NCBI GenBank assembly: GCA_015233195.1
Contig: JADFYE010000011.1
Coordinates: 4,472 to 68,471 of the forward strand
Length of the DNA stretch: 64,000 nucleotides
Direction of reading: 5' to 3'
Origin: Candidatus Omnitrophota bacterium
GTDB taxonomy: Bacteria; Omnitrophota; Gorgyraeia; Zapsychrales; Zapsychraceae
How positions within the stretch are numbered: the first letter of the stretch is position 1; every line of letters begins with the position of its first letter. The notes beneath the pieces were generated by a model, which was given only the letters and a program-made list of their open reading frames with translations, was not told the DNA's origin and made no database searches. Position numbers and translations under genes: made by a program. This document shows, one piece after another, positions 49,232 through 58,381 of this stretch.

Positions 49232-49678
49232 ATGAAAGAATTTAAAAGAACTAATACAAAAAAACTTGGTGAAGTGCTGGTCGAGCGCGGGGTTATCAAT
49301 CACCAACAGCTTAATAAGGCTCTAGAGATCTGGCAAGCTAAAGGCGGTCTTATGGGCGAAATATTGGTAGAGCTTAAATTTGCCACTGAAGAGGATATTG
49401 CCCAGGCTTTGACATGCCAGTACGGGTTTCCTTTCTTGCCGTTGAATAATTATGAAGTTGATCCTGTGGTTATGAAATCTGTATCGAGGGAATTGTGCGT
49501 CAAATATGTTTTGGTGCCGATAGATAAGATAGGGAAAAGCATCACTTTGGCTATGGCTAATCCATTGAATACCATGGCGATTGAGGAGCTTGAAACCTTA
49601 ACTGAATGTAGTATTCAAGTGTTTGTAAGTACTACTACGGAAATAAAAAAGTTTTTAGAAAAAAATTACATGGAGTGA
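49232..49678 (+). CDS. Stand-alone GspE/MshE N-terminal (MshEN/T2SSE_N) domain protein
   Basis: KLGEVLVERGVINHQQLNKALEIWQ and LMGEILVELKFATEEDIAQALTCQ tandem helices followed by PFLPL...ITLAMANPLN. No ATPase domain. Confidence 0.75.
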   Translation: MKEFKRTNTKKLGEVLVERGVINHQQLNKALEIWQAKGGLMGEILVELKFATEEDIAQALTCQYGFPFLPLNNYEVDPVVMKSVSRELCVKYVLVPIDKIGKSITLAMANPLNTMAIEELETLTECSIQVFVSTTTEIKKFLEKNYME

Positions 49679-49679
49679 T

Positions 49680-51455
49680 ATGGCGTTCTTAAAAGACCGG
49701 ATCAAAGAAATCCTGTTGCGCGATAATCTGCTCTCTGCTGCTGATCTTGAAAAAGCTTTGAATGAACAAGAGCGGAAAGGCGGCGAATTAAGTCGTATCC
49801 TCGTAGATATGAAGTTGATAGACGATGATACTCTCACTAATGTATTAAGCCGCAGTTTAGGTGTTCCTACCATAAGTATTAGCCGGATTAAGATTGATCC
49901 TTCCATAATCAAAATCATACCTAAAGATGTGGTGGTTAAATATCAGATCATGCCGATATCTTTGATCGGCGAGACTTTGACTATTGCTATGGCTGATCCA
50001 TTGAACATTTTTGTGGTGGATAATGTCAAAGCTGTTACTGGATATATCATAAATACCATAATTGCTCGTCGTTCAGAAATAGCCACAGCTATCGATTTAT
50101 ATTATAAAAAAGATGAGCAGTCTAAAGAAGCGGCGCATGAAGAAACGCATGAAGAATCTTTGGATAAGATCAGTGATCTCATGGGTGATATGGAAAACCC
50201 GGATGAGCTGGATGATATAAAATCCGATGAATTTATGGGATCATCTTCCGGAGTAGAAGAAATAAAAGACGAAGCTCCGATCATTCGTTTAACTGATTCG
50301 ATAGTGCGGCAAGCAGTATTGATGAAATCCAGCGACGTATTTATTGAACCTTTAGAACGGGAGATGCGGGTACGTTTGCGGGTTGACGGAATGATCCGGG
50401 AGATAGACCGTTTGCCTAAGGCTATTCTTGCGCCTTTGGTTTCACGCATTAAAGTTATTTCTAATCTTGATATTTCTGAACACCGGTTGCCGCAGGATGG
50501 CAGGTTTAAGATGATAGTTTCAGCTGATAAAGAAGTTGATTTTCGTGTTAATGTTTTGCCTACAGCTTTAGGCGAGAAAGTTTGTTTGCGGGTTTTAGAC
50601 CAGAGCGGGACAGTATTAGACGTTGAAAAATTAGGGTTTGAGCCGAGCTCATTAGAGCGGTTAATAGAGTGTACTAAAAAGCCGCATGGGATGATATTGA
50701 CTTGCGGACCTACGGGAAGCGGAAAGACCACGACTTTATATTCCATTCTTAAACATGTTGATTCACCGGAAAAAAATATTGTTACAGTTGAAGATCCAGT
50801 CGAGTATCAGTTCAAAGGCGCTTGTCAGGTTAATGTTAAACCTGCGATGGGTTTAACCTTTGCTGCTAGTTTGCGTTCAATATTGCGGCAGGATCCGGAT
50901 ATTATTATGATCGGAGAGATCCGGGATGCTGAAACTTTGGATATAGCAGTTAAAGCTGCTTTGACCGGACATTTGGTGCTGAGTTCTTTGCATACGACTA
51001 CAGCTGCCGGATCAGTAGTGCGTATGGTGAATATGGGGGTTGAACCATTTTTAATTTGTTCTTCAGTTTTATGTATTATAGCCCAGCGTCTTTTACGTAA
51101 AGTATGTCAGAATTGTAAAGAACCTTATACTCCACCCGACGCTGTAATTGAAAGAGTTGGTTTGCGGCAGATTTCTCAAGAAAAAACCATTACGCTTTAT
51201 AAAGGTAAAGGCTGTGACCAGTGTTTTAAGAGCGGGTATAAAGGGCGGGTTGGTATCACCGAAATTTTAGTTATAACTCCAGCAGTCAAAGAAGTGATAA
51301 CAGCTATGGCTGGCGAACCTAAGGTTAAAGAAGTTGCGCGGCAGGAAGGAATGATAACTATGCGCGAGGACGCTTTGTATAAAGCGTTGAAAGGACTGAC
51401 TACGCTCGAGGAGGTTTTAAGAATTACAGCACCTGACGAAACATTGAAAAAATAA
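49680..51455 (+). CDS. Type IV pilus / T2SS assembly ATPase (PilB/GspE family), copy 1
   Basis: N-terminal MshEN-like domain, Walker A GPTGSGKTTT, Walker B DPDIIMIGEIRD, His box LSSLHT, tetracysteine CQNC...CDQC. Confidence 0.92.
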   Translation: MAFLKDRIKEILLRDNLLSAADLEKALNEQERKGGELSRILVDMKLIDDDTLTNVLSRSLGVPTISISRIKIDPSIIKIIPKDVVVKYQIMPISLIGETLTIAMADPLNIFVVDNVKAVTGYIINTIIARRSEIATAIDLYYKKDEQSKEAAHEETHEESLDKISDLMGDMENPDELDDIKSDEFMGSSSGVEEIKDEAPIIRLTDSIVRQAVLMKSSDVFIEPLEREMRVRLRVDGMIREIDRLPKAILAPLVSRIKVISNLDISEHRLPQDGRFKMIVSADKEVDFRVNVLPTALGEKVCLRVLDQSGTVLDVEKLGFEPSSLERLIECTKKPHGMILTCGPTGSGKTTTLYSILKHVDSPEKNIVTVEDPVEYQFKGACQVNVKPAMGLTFAASLRSILRQDPDIIMIGEIRDAETLDIAVKAALTGHLVLSSLHTTTAAGSVVRMVNMGVEPFLICSSVLCIIAQRLLRKVCQNCKEPYTPPDAVIERVGLRQISQEKTITLYKGKGCDQCFKSGYKGRVGITEILVITPAVKEVITAMAGEPKVKEVARQEGMITMREDALYKALKGLTTLEEVLRITAPDETLKK

Positions 51456-51458
51456 TTT

Positions 51459-53171
51459 ATGGCGAAGACTGTTAAAGATACAATTTTGGATGGATTAGTC
51501 AATTCCGGGAAGTTTCCTCCCAAGGTATTGGAAGAAGCACGTCTGCTTAATCAGAGAGAGAAAATCCCTTTTGAGAAAGCTTTGATTAAAAAAGGTTTGA
51601 TTACAGAAGAAGATTGGTTATTGCTGCTGGTCGACGAATTAGGTATTCCTTTTGTAAATATAGCTAGGTATAAACTTACACCTTATCTGCAAGAAATCAT
51701 TCCTGAGTCAGTTGCCCGGCAATATAAAATCGTGCCTTTGTCTGATACTCAATTTTCAGTAACAATTGCTACATCTGACCCCTTGAATGTTTATGCCCTC
51801 GATGATTTAAAAAATATTACCGGAAAACGTATTGACATAGTCTTGAATACTGAAACCGAGATCATGAAAAAGATCGATGGTTTTTATGGAGATCCAACCA
51901 AACGTGATGCTCCGGAATTCAAAGCTCAGGACGCTGCTTTAGAAGCCTTTGAGATTGTTTCGCAGAAAGAAGAAGAGGGCGCTTCAACTGATGGGTCGGA
52001 TGAATCGGACAAAGCTCCGATAATACGGATGGTAAATTTGATATTAAAGGAAGCTTTACGTCAACGCGCGTCGGATATACACATTGAACCTATGGAAACT
52101 TGCGTGCGGGTGAGGTACCGTATAGACGGTGTTTTACGGGATGTTTTAACTATTCCTAAAAAGAATCAGAATGCTATGGCTACGCGTATCAAGATCATGT
52201 CGCGTTTGGATATTACGGTAAATCAAATGCCTCAAGATGGACGGTTCAAACTGACTTTAAAAGATAAGAGTGTGGATTTCCGGGTGTCAATATTACCGGC
52301 TACATTCGGACCTAAAGTGGTTATGCGTATTTTGGATCGTTCAAAATTAGCAGTTGGTATAGACGGGTTGGGATTATCGCCTAAGGCTTTGACAGTTATT
52401 AAAGACGGTATTAAAAAACCGTTTGGTATGCTTTTAGTTACTGGTCCTACTGGAAGCGGTAAATCTACAACTTTGTATTCGATTGTGAACGAGCTTAATA
52501 CAGTTGAAAAAAATATTATTACGGTCGAAGATCCGGTTGAGTATTTGCTGGAAGGTTTGACGCAGATACAAGCCATGCCTGAGATTGGGCTGACTTTCGC
52601 TGAAGGCTTACGTTCGATTTTACGTCAAAGTCCGGACATTGTTATGGTCGGGGAAATACGGGACGGTGAAACTGCGGATATTGCTATTAAAGCTTCTTTG
52701 ACCGGTCAATTAGTGTTATCTACTTTGCATACTAATGATGCTCCTGGTGCCTTGACTCGTTTGGTGGATATGGGGGTAGAACCTTTTTTGGTGGCGTCCA
52801 GTCTGGTGCTGGTAACTGCTCAGCGTTTGTGTCGTAAAATATGTCAGCATTGCAAGGCAGAGGTAAAGATCGAAACAGATATTTTAAAACGGATAGGACC
52901 CCTGGTTCCTAAGGGGACAGTTTTTTATCAAGGAAAAGGCTGTGAGTTTTGTAAAAATACCGGATATAACGGGCGCATGTCTGTGACTGAAGTTTTGGAA
53001 GTTGATGATGATGTACGTATGATGTTATTGGAAGGCAAAACTTCTGATGACATAAAGAAATTTGCTTGTGAGCAAAAAGGAATGAAGACTTTGTATCAGG
53101 ACGCCATGGCTAAATGTATAGACGGTCAAACTACTATGGAAGAAGTGTTTAGGATTACAAGTAGTGACTGA
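51459..53171 (+). CDS. Type IV pilus / T2SS assembly ATPase (PilB/GspE family), copy 2
   Basis: Walker A GPTGSGKSTT, SPDIVMVGEIRD, LSTLHT, CQHC...CEFC. 3-nt gap to copy 1. Confidence 0.92.
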   Translation: MAKTVKDTILDGLVNSGKFPPKVLEEARLLNQREKIPFEKALIKKGLITEEDWLLLLVDELGIPFVNIARYKLTPYLQEIIPESVARQYKIVPLSDTQFSVTIATSDPLNVYALDDLKNITGKRIDIVLNTETEIMKKIDGFYGDPTKRDAPEFKAQDAALEAFEIVSQKEEEGASTDGSDESDKAPIIRMVNLILKEALRQRASDIHIEPMETCVRVRYRIDGVLRDVLTIPKKNQNAMATRIKIMSRLDITVNQMPQDGRFKLTLKDKSVDFRVSILPATFGPKVVMRILDRSKLAVGIDGLGLSPKALTVIKDGIKKPFGMLLVTGPTGSGKSTTLYSIVNELNTVEKNIITVEDPVEYLLEGLTQIQAMPEIGLTFAEGLRSILRQSPDIVMVGEIRDGETADIAIKASLTGQLVLSTLHTNDAPGALTRLVDMGVEPFLVASSLVLVTAQRLCRKICQHCKAEVKIETDILKRIGPLVPKGTVFYQGKGCEFCKNTGYNGRMSVTEVLEVDDDVRMMLLEGKTSDDIKKFACEQKGMKTLYQDAMAKCIDGQTTMEEVFRITSSD

Positions 53172-53248
53172 TAAGATTGATAAAGAAACGCTTTTTAAAA
53201 TATGGTTTGATGATAAAATGAATATAAATTATTTTGAGGGGATAGATA

Positions 53249-54451
53249 ATGGCTACTTTTAAGTATGTTGGAAAAGACGCGGAATCAAAAAGTATTACTG
53301 GCAAGATTTCAGCTGATGACCGTAATGCGGTTATTGAAGAGTTGCGTAAGCGCAAACTCACCATTATTTCGGTTACTGAAGTAAAAGATGAAAAAGTTAA
53401 AGCTGGAGCGAGAAAGAAAGTTAAGCCAGAAGAAGTTGTGCTTTTCGCGCGTCAGCTGGCTACCATGGTCGAGGCTGGTATGCCTATATTACAGGGGTTG
53501 AACGCTTTATCGGAGCAGACTACCAATGAAGGATTTAAAAAAGTTTTGACTGAAGTTGAAATGGATATTAAGCATGGCAGCAGTTTATCCTCGTCTTTTG
53601 CTAAACACCCTTATGTTTTTAATAATTTATTCGTTAATTTAGTTAAGGTTGGTGAGACCGGCGGTATTTTAGCTACGGTATTGGACCGGGTTTCAACTTA
53701 CATGGAAAAAACTTTGAGTTTGCAGCGCAAAGTAAAATCCGCATTGGTTTATCCCGCGGTAGTTGTATCAATGGCAGGGATTATAACTATAATTTTGTTG
53801 GTCAAGGTTGTTCCGACATTTTCAGGCATATATTCATCTTTCGGTAAAGAGCTGCCGCCTATGACGCAGGTGTTAGTAAATACTAGTAATTTTTTGCGTT
53901 CATATTTATTGTTGGTTGTTGCTGCTATAGTTGGTTTGATTTTTGCTATGAATCGCTGGCACAAAACTGAAAAAGGAGCGGTTGCTATTGACGGCGCTAT
54001 TTTGCGTATGCCGGTATTTGGTGAACTTTTACGTAAGGTAGCGGTAAGCAGGTTTACTCGGACTTTAGCTACTTTGGTACAGAGCGGTGTTCCTATTTTG
54101 GAATCTTTGAATATTGTGGAAAAAACTATAGGTAACCGGGTGCTTGAGAATGTAATTAAAGATGTTCAAACTAGCGTTCGTCAGGGAGAAAGTTTAGCTG
54201 TTCCTTTAGAAAAAAGTTCGGTTTTCCCTCCAATGGTTACCCGTATGATTTCGATTGGTGAAAAATCCGGTCAAATGGAAAAAATGCTTTTAAAAGTATC
54301 TGAGTTTTATGATGATCAAGTGGATACTGCAGTTGAAGGTTTAACGAGTATGATCGAACCATTAATTATCGGGGTTATGGGTATAGTTATCGGGTTTATT
54401 GTCGTGGCTTTGTTTATGCCAATATTATCAATGTCGCAATTGGTAAGTTAA
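53249..54451 (+). CDS. Type IV pilus / T2SS platform protein (PilC/GspF family)
   Basis: Two T2SSF repeats (FARQLATMVEAGMPIL and FTRTLATLVQSGVPIL), 3 TM segments, 400 aa. Confidence 0.92.
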   Translation: MATFKYVGKDAESKSITGKISADDRNAVIEELRKRKLTIISVTEVKDEKVKAGARKKVKPEEVVLFARQLATMVEAGMPILQGLNALSEQTTNEGFKKVLTEVEMDIKHGSSLSSSFAKHPYVFNNLFVNLVKVGETGGILATVLDRVSTYMEKTLSLQRKVKSALVYPAVVVSMAGIITIILLVKVVPTFSGIYSSFGKELPPMTQVLVNTSNFLRSYLLLVVAAIVGLIFAMNRWHKTEKGAVAIDGAILRMPVFGELLRKVAVSRFTRTLATLVQSGVPILESLNIVEKTIGNRVLENVIKDVQTSVRQGESLAVPLEKSSVFPPMVTRMISIGEKSGQMEKMLLKVSEFYDDQVDTAVEGLTSMIEPLIIGVMGIVIGFIVVALFMPILSMSQLVS

Positions 54452-54453
54452 AC

Positions 54454-55389
54454 ATGTTTAGAAAAATAAATTTAATTTTGATGATGTTTTTGGTCTTGAG
54501 TATCAGTTCGTCTTTTGCTCAAGAAGGGAAAGTTACTGTTCGGGATTGGAACGGTTCTTTAGAAGCGCTAAATGAAAGTTTGAAGAGAGTTTATCAGAAT
54601 AATCAGGCTTTATCAGCCCAGATTGAAATTTTAAATGCTGAGGTTGATAAGTTACAGGCTCAAACGGATGAGTTGGATACGCACGCGGTTGATGATCCGG
54701 GAAATTTTGCTTTTAATAATAAAAAAGAAGTTGAAGTTTTTCAGAAAGAAGCGGATAGAGTTTATCAGAATTTAAAAGATATAGCTAAAGAGCGGCAAGA
54801 ACTGGAAGTAAGATTAATTGAAAAAAATAAAGAAATGGTCCAGCTTAAAGCGGATATTGATAGTCTGTATAAGATAGTGGCAGGGTTAAAAGAAAAAATA
54901 CAATATTCTTCAGAAGGTAAAGACCCGGATATTGAACGACAAAAAAAAGATCTTAATTCCTGGATTAGTGAAACAGAAAAAAGTTGTAATAAGGCGCAAA
55001 ATGAATTAGCTGCGTTACGGAAAAAAAATACGGTTAGTGGAAAGACGAAGAAATTAGAGAAAAGGAAAATTGAACTTCAGAATAAGCTCGAAAAATTAAA
55101 GCAGGAAATAGCAGTATTACAGGAAAATCAGCAAGTTGATGCTGGGTCGTTGAAACTGGAACAGGAATATCAAGATAAGATCAGCAGCATATCTGAAAAT
55201 ATTTCTAAACTTGAAAAACGTCGGGATGAATTGAACGGAGTTTTGGACCATATAGCGGAAAAATTAGATAAAAATAATTTTCATCTGGACCAGGAAAATG
55301 TTGATGTTAAAGAATTAGAGCATAATTTAAAAGTTTTAAAAGATGAAAATATTCAGTTAAAGAATGATTTTAATCGTCTGCAAAAATAA
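54454..55389 (+). CDS. Exported or anchored coiled-coil protein, function unknown
   Basis: Signal/anchor MFRKINLILMMFLVLSISSSFAQ followed by about 280 aa of heptad-rich E/K/Q/L sequence. 2-nt gap after pilC. Confidence 0.65.
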   Translation: MFRKINLILMMFLVLSISSSFAQEGKVTVRDWNGSLEALNESLKRVYQNNQALSAQIEILNAEVDKLQAQTDELDTHAVDDPGNFAFNNKKEVEVFQKEADRVYQNLKDIAKERQELEVRLIEKNKEMVQLKADIDSLYKIVAGLKEKIQYSSEGKDPDIERQKKDLNSWISETEKSCNKAQNELAALRKKNTVSGKTKKLEKRKIELQNKLEKLKQEIAVLQENQQVDAGSLKLEQEYQDKISSISENISKLEKRRDELNGVLDHIAEKLDKNNFHLDQENVDVKELEHNLKVLKDENIQLKNDFNRLQK

Positions 55390-55399
55390 AGGCGCGTAA

Positions 55400-55969
55400 G
55401 TGGCAGATCAGTTTGATCCACAGGTAATGGTTACAGCGTTGATGGGTTATGTTCAGGAAATTTTGGAAACAAAGTGCAAAGCTAAATTATCTGAAAAAGC
55501 CGCTTTTTTGAAAAAGAATATCATTGAGTATGACAGCAAAATGCGGCTTTTTGGTTTGGAAAAATTTGATGGACCTTGTTATGTTGCGGCAATTAATTTA
55601 TATTTGACTAAGCAAAAGTTGGAAAATAAAGATTGCTGCGGTGTGATAGTTTTATTTTTGGATGAAGAAATTGCTGAGCTTTTTGTCCGGGCTTTGCAGC
55701 CAGGGGTGAGTTATGAGGATCCGGATGTCGTTATGGATAATTGCGGGGAATTATGTAATATTATTGCTGTGCAGTTTAAGAATGAAGCTGTGAATTTTGG
55801 ATATGCTAATTTGTTTTTATCCGCTCCGGTTAAAGCGCATAATGATATAATGTATGGAGTAGATTTTCCTTTTGAAGAAGACTTTTATTATGAAATAAGT
55901 TTTAAAGTAAAAAATAGGAAAGCTGTGGTAGTGTCATTTGTGATGGCTAATGTTGCGAATAAAAATTAA
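55400..55969 (+). CDS. CheX/CheC-like CheY-P phosphatase
   Basis: GTG start. Exact match to the CheC/CheX/FliY active-site consensus D/S-x3-E-x2-N-x22-P: D113-NCG-E117-LC-N120-(22 aa)-P143. Confidence 0.65.
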   Translation: MADQFDPQVMVTALMGYVQEILETKCKAKLSEKAAFLKKNIIEYDSKMRLFGLEKFDGPCYVAAINLYLTKQKLENKDCCGVIVLFLDEEIAELFVRALQPGVSYEDPDVVMDNCGELCNIIAVQFKNEAVNFGYANLFLSAPVKAHNDIMYGVDFPFEEDFYYEISFKVKNRKAVVVSFVMANVANKN

Positions 55970-56058
55970 GCGGTAAAAAATTTTTGATTGGCGGTTTGGG
56001 TTATTTTCGTTAGAATTATCAAAAGTCGTTGCATGTTGGTAATTACAGGGGATTTAAA

Positions 56059-56475
56059 ATGGATAAAAATGAACATTCTGATTCAAGTAACCGTCGTCAA
56101 TTTACTCGGGTTGACCGACCGCATTTATTGAAGGTGAAAGTTTTTGATCTTAAGGAACAGGACTCTGTACGCAGGATTGAAGCGGTAACGAGAAATGTTT
56201 CTGCCGGAGGTTTGGCGTTTGAGTCAGAACAGTTTTTTGAAGCTGGTACAGTTTTGGAAATAGAATTAGATGCTCCAGGCTGGGAAAAAATAAAAGGAAT
56301 ATTTGCCGCGGAAGAAAATGAACCTCGTCTTTCTGCGGTAATGCTTTTAGCAAAAGTTATCCGGACCAGGGTGATTGAAGAAGGATTATACGATATTGCT
56401 GTAGCTTTTGTGGGTATAGATGAACGTCACCGTAACGCGTTAATGAAGTATGTAAAAGAGAAAGATAAAGTATAA
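56059..56475 (+). CDS. PilZ-domain protein (c-di-GMP receptor)
   Basis: RRQFTR (RxxxR) and NVSAGG (D/NxSxxG) with the right spacing. Start set at ATG 56059. Confidence 0.8.
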   Translation: MDKNEHSDSSNRRQFTRVDRPHLLKVKVFDLKEQDSVRRIEAVTRNVSAGGLAFESEQFFEAGTVLEIELDAPGWEKIKGIFAAEENEPRLSAVMLLAKVIRTRVIEEGLYDIAVAFVGIDERHRNALMKYVKEKDKV

Positions 56476-56487
56476 GTTGGAGGTAAA

Positions 56488-56916
56488 ATGGCAAAGAATA
56501 CAGTTTTAGTTGTAGATGACGAAGAATATATGGTTAGTCTGCTTAGGCGGGCATTGACTGATGAATCAACAGAAGTTATTGGCGCTTGTAATGGGCTAGA
56601 AGCTTTAGATTTAGTGGTTAACCGGCATGTGGATTTGGTGATTGCAGATAACAATATGCCTAAATTATTGGGTGAAAAACTTTTGGGTGAAGTCAGAAAG
56701 CTTGATCCGTTCATACAGCTAATAATGATTACCGGTTATCCGTCGATGGATGTGATTAATAAAATGTTAGAGATTGGGATATCGGATTTTGTGATCAAAC
56801 CTTTTAATCTGCAGGAATTGCAAGATATGGTAAGAGAAACTTTGCGGCGGGTTGAACGCTGGCGAAAGTTAAGGAAAGATTGGAGCTCAAATCAAAAACC
56901 CACAGGACCCGCATAA
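56488..56916 (+). CDS. Single-domain response regulator (receiver only)
   Basis: VLVVDDEE, LVIADNNMP, MITGY, VIKPF. Confidence 0.88.
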   Translation: MAKNTVLVVDDEEYMVSLLRRALTDESTEVIGACNGLEALDLVVNRHVDLVIADNNMPKLLGEKLLGEVRKLDPFIQLIMITGYPSMDVINKMLEIGISDFVIKPFNLQELQDMVRETLRRVERWRKLRKDWSSNQKPTGPA

Positions 56917-58058
56917 TGGTTTCGATTTTGATCGTAGATGATTCTGATGTGGAATGCACTTTGGTCAGAAGTATTATTGCAAAAAACTTTCCGGATTCGG
57001 TTATTTCGATAGCACATAATGGTCAAGAAGCTTTTAATTTATTAGCAAAATCTCCGGCAGATATTATTTTATCTGATATTATGATGCCGGTTATGGACGG
57101 TCTGGAATTTTGCCGCAAGGTAAAAAATATCCCGTCGCTTAAAGATGTTCCAGTCCTTTTAGTTTCTTCCCTGTACCAATTACATGAAAAAAATGAAGGC
57201 TTTGAAGCTGGGGCTTCAGATTATATTGTCAAGCCGATTGAGACCGACGAAGTAGTGGCGCGGGTCAAAGTGCATCTTAGCATCAAACAAAATCACGACG
57301 AGTTAAAAAAACTTAATAAAGATTTGAAAGCCGCGCAGGAAGCGTTGATCCAGAGCGAAAAAATGTCAGCAGTTGGTTCTTTGGCTGCTGGAATATCGCA
57401 TGAGTTTAATAATATTTTGGGAATGTTAAAAGGTTATGTGCAGTTATCGCAGCAGAAGAGTCGGATCGAAGAAGTAAAATCTTTTTTGTCAGTCATGGTG
57501 GAATTAATAGACCGGGGCGAATTTTTAGTTAGGTCGATGATGGATTTTTCTAAGGGGAGCGTATCAGAAAATAAACAGAAGGTCATGTTACCGGTTTTAA
57601 TCAAGAAAGTTCTGGTATTAATGGAGCAAATGCTGCGTTCCAAGTGTATTGAGATTGAATTTTCAGATCAAACAGTTTTGGAAATAGAGTGTTACCCTAA
57701 TCAGCTTTCTCAAGCTTTTATAAATTTTATAAAAAATGCTATGGAAGCTTGTGAAGAAAGTTCTATAAAGAAAATCAAGATCGAATACGGTAAATTTATT
57801 ATAGGAACAGATGGTAAAGAATCAGCCTATATTCGTTTTATTGATACTGGTTCAGGTATACCTGAAGCAATACGTAACCGCATATTTGATCCGTTCGTAA
57901 CCACTAAAGGGGTTATTTCCGGAGGTGACAAGTCAAAATCCGGCACAGGTTTAGGGTTGACCATAACTTATGATATAATTAAAAAACATAATGGAGATGT
58001 AAAAGTAGAAAAGACCGGTCCAGACGGAACTACGATGTTAGTTTGCCTTCCTCTTTAA
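56916..58058 (+). CDS. Hybrid receiver-histidine kinase (REC, HisKA, HATPase_c), no sensory domain
   Basis: Start at 56916 (TAATG overlap). ILIVDDSD, ILSDIMMPVMDG, KPI. H-box GISHEFNNIL. DTGSGI and GTGLGL. Confidence 0.88.
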   Translation: MVSILIVDDSDVECTLVRSIIAKNFPDSVISIAHNGQEAFNLLAKSPADIILSDIMMPVMDGLEFCRKVKNIPSLKDVPVLLVSSLYQLHEKNEGFEAGASDYIVKPIETDEVVARVKVHLSIKQNHDELKKLNKDLKAAQEALIQSEKMSAVGSLAAGISHEFNNILGMLKGYVQLSQQKSRIEEVKSFLSVMVELIDRGEFLVRSMMDFSKGSVSENKQKVMLPVLIKKVLVLMEQMLRSKCIEIEFSDQTVLEIECYPNQLSQAFINFIKNAMEACEESSIKKIKIEYGKFIIGTDGKESAYIRFIDTGSGIPEAIRNRIFDPFVTTKGVISGGDKSKSGTGLGLTITYDIIKKHNGDVKVEKTGPDGTTMLVCLPL

Positions 58059-58169
58059 TATCTTATCCTTAGCCTTTTATCTTTGACTTATTTTAAAAAT
58101 ATGTTAATGTATTAAATGTACAAAATAAGAAATAAGTAGTAAATATTTTTTATTAATTGGAGGTGCTAC

Positions 58170-58379
58170 ATGGAAAAAGAAAAGTTGCGGGATTTGATCC
58201 ATGATCTTAGTCAGCCTCTTTCTGCCGCATCGGTCAATATTAATGTGGTCGCTTCAATGATAAGTAAAAAATCGGTTAACCTACCTGAAATAAGAAAAAT
58301 CATAAGTGATGTTGAGCGAGAGAATCAGCATGCTTTTGAAATTTTGGAAACAATCAGGACTTACATTAAGGAGAATTAA
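58170..58379 (+). CDS. Stand-alone DHp (HisKA-like dimerisation/phosphoacceptor) protein, 69 aa, no ATPase domain
   Basis: SD GGAGGTG. LIHDLSQPLSAASVNINV resembles the FixL-type H-box (HELNQPL) followed by a second helix. 2-nt gap to the FixJ-type regulator. Confidence 0.6.
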   Translation: MEKEKLRDLIHDLSQPLSAASVNINVVASMISKKSVNLPEIRKIISDVERENQHAFEILETIRTYIKEN

Positions 58380-58381
58380 AA

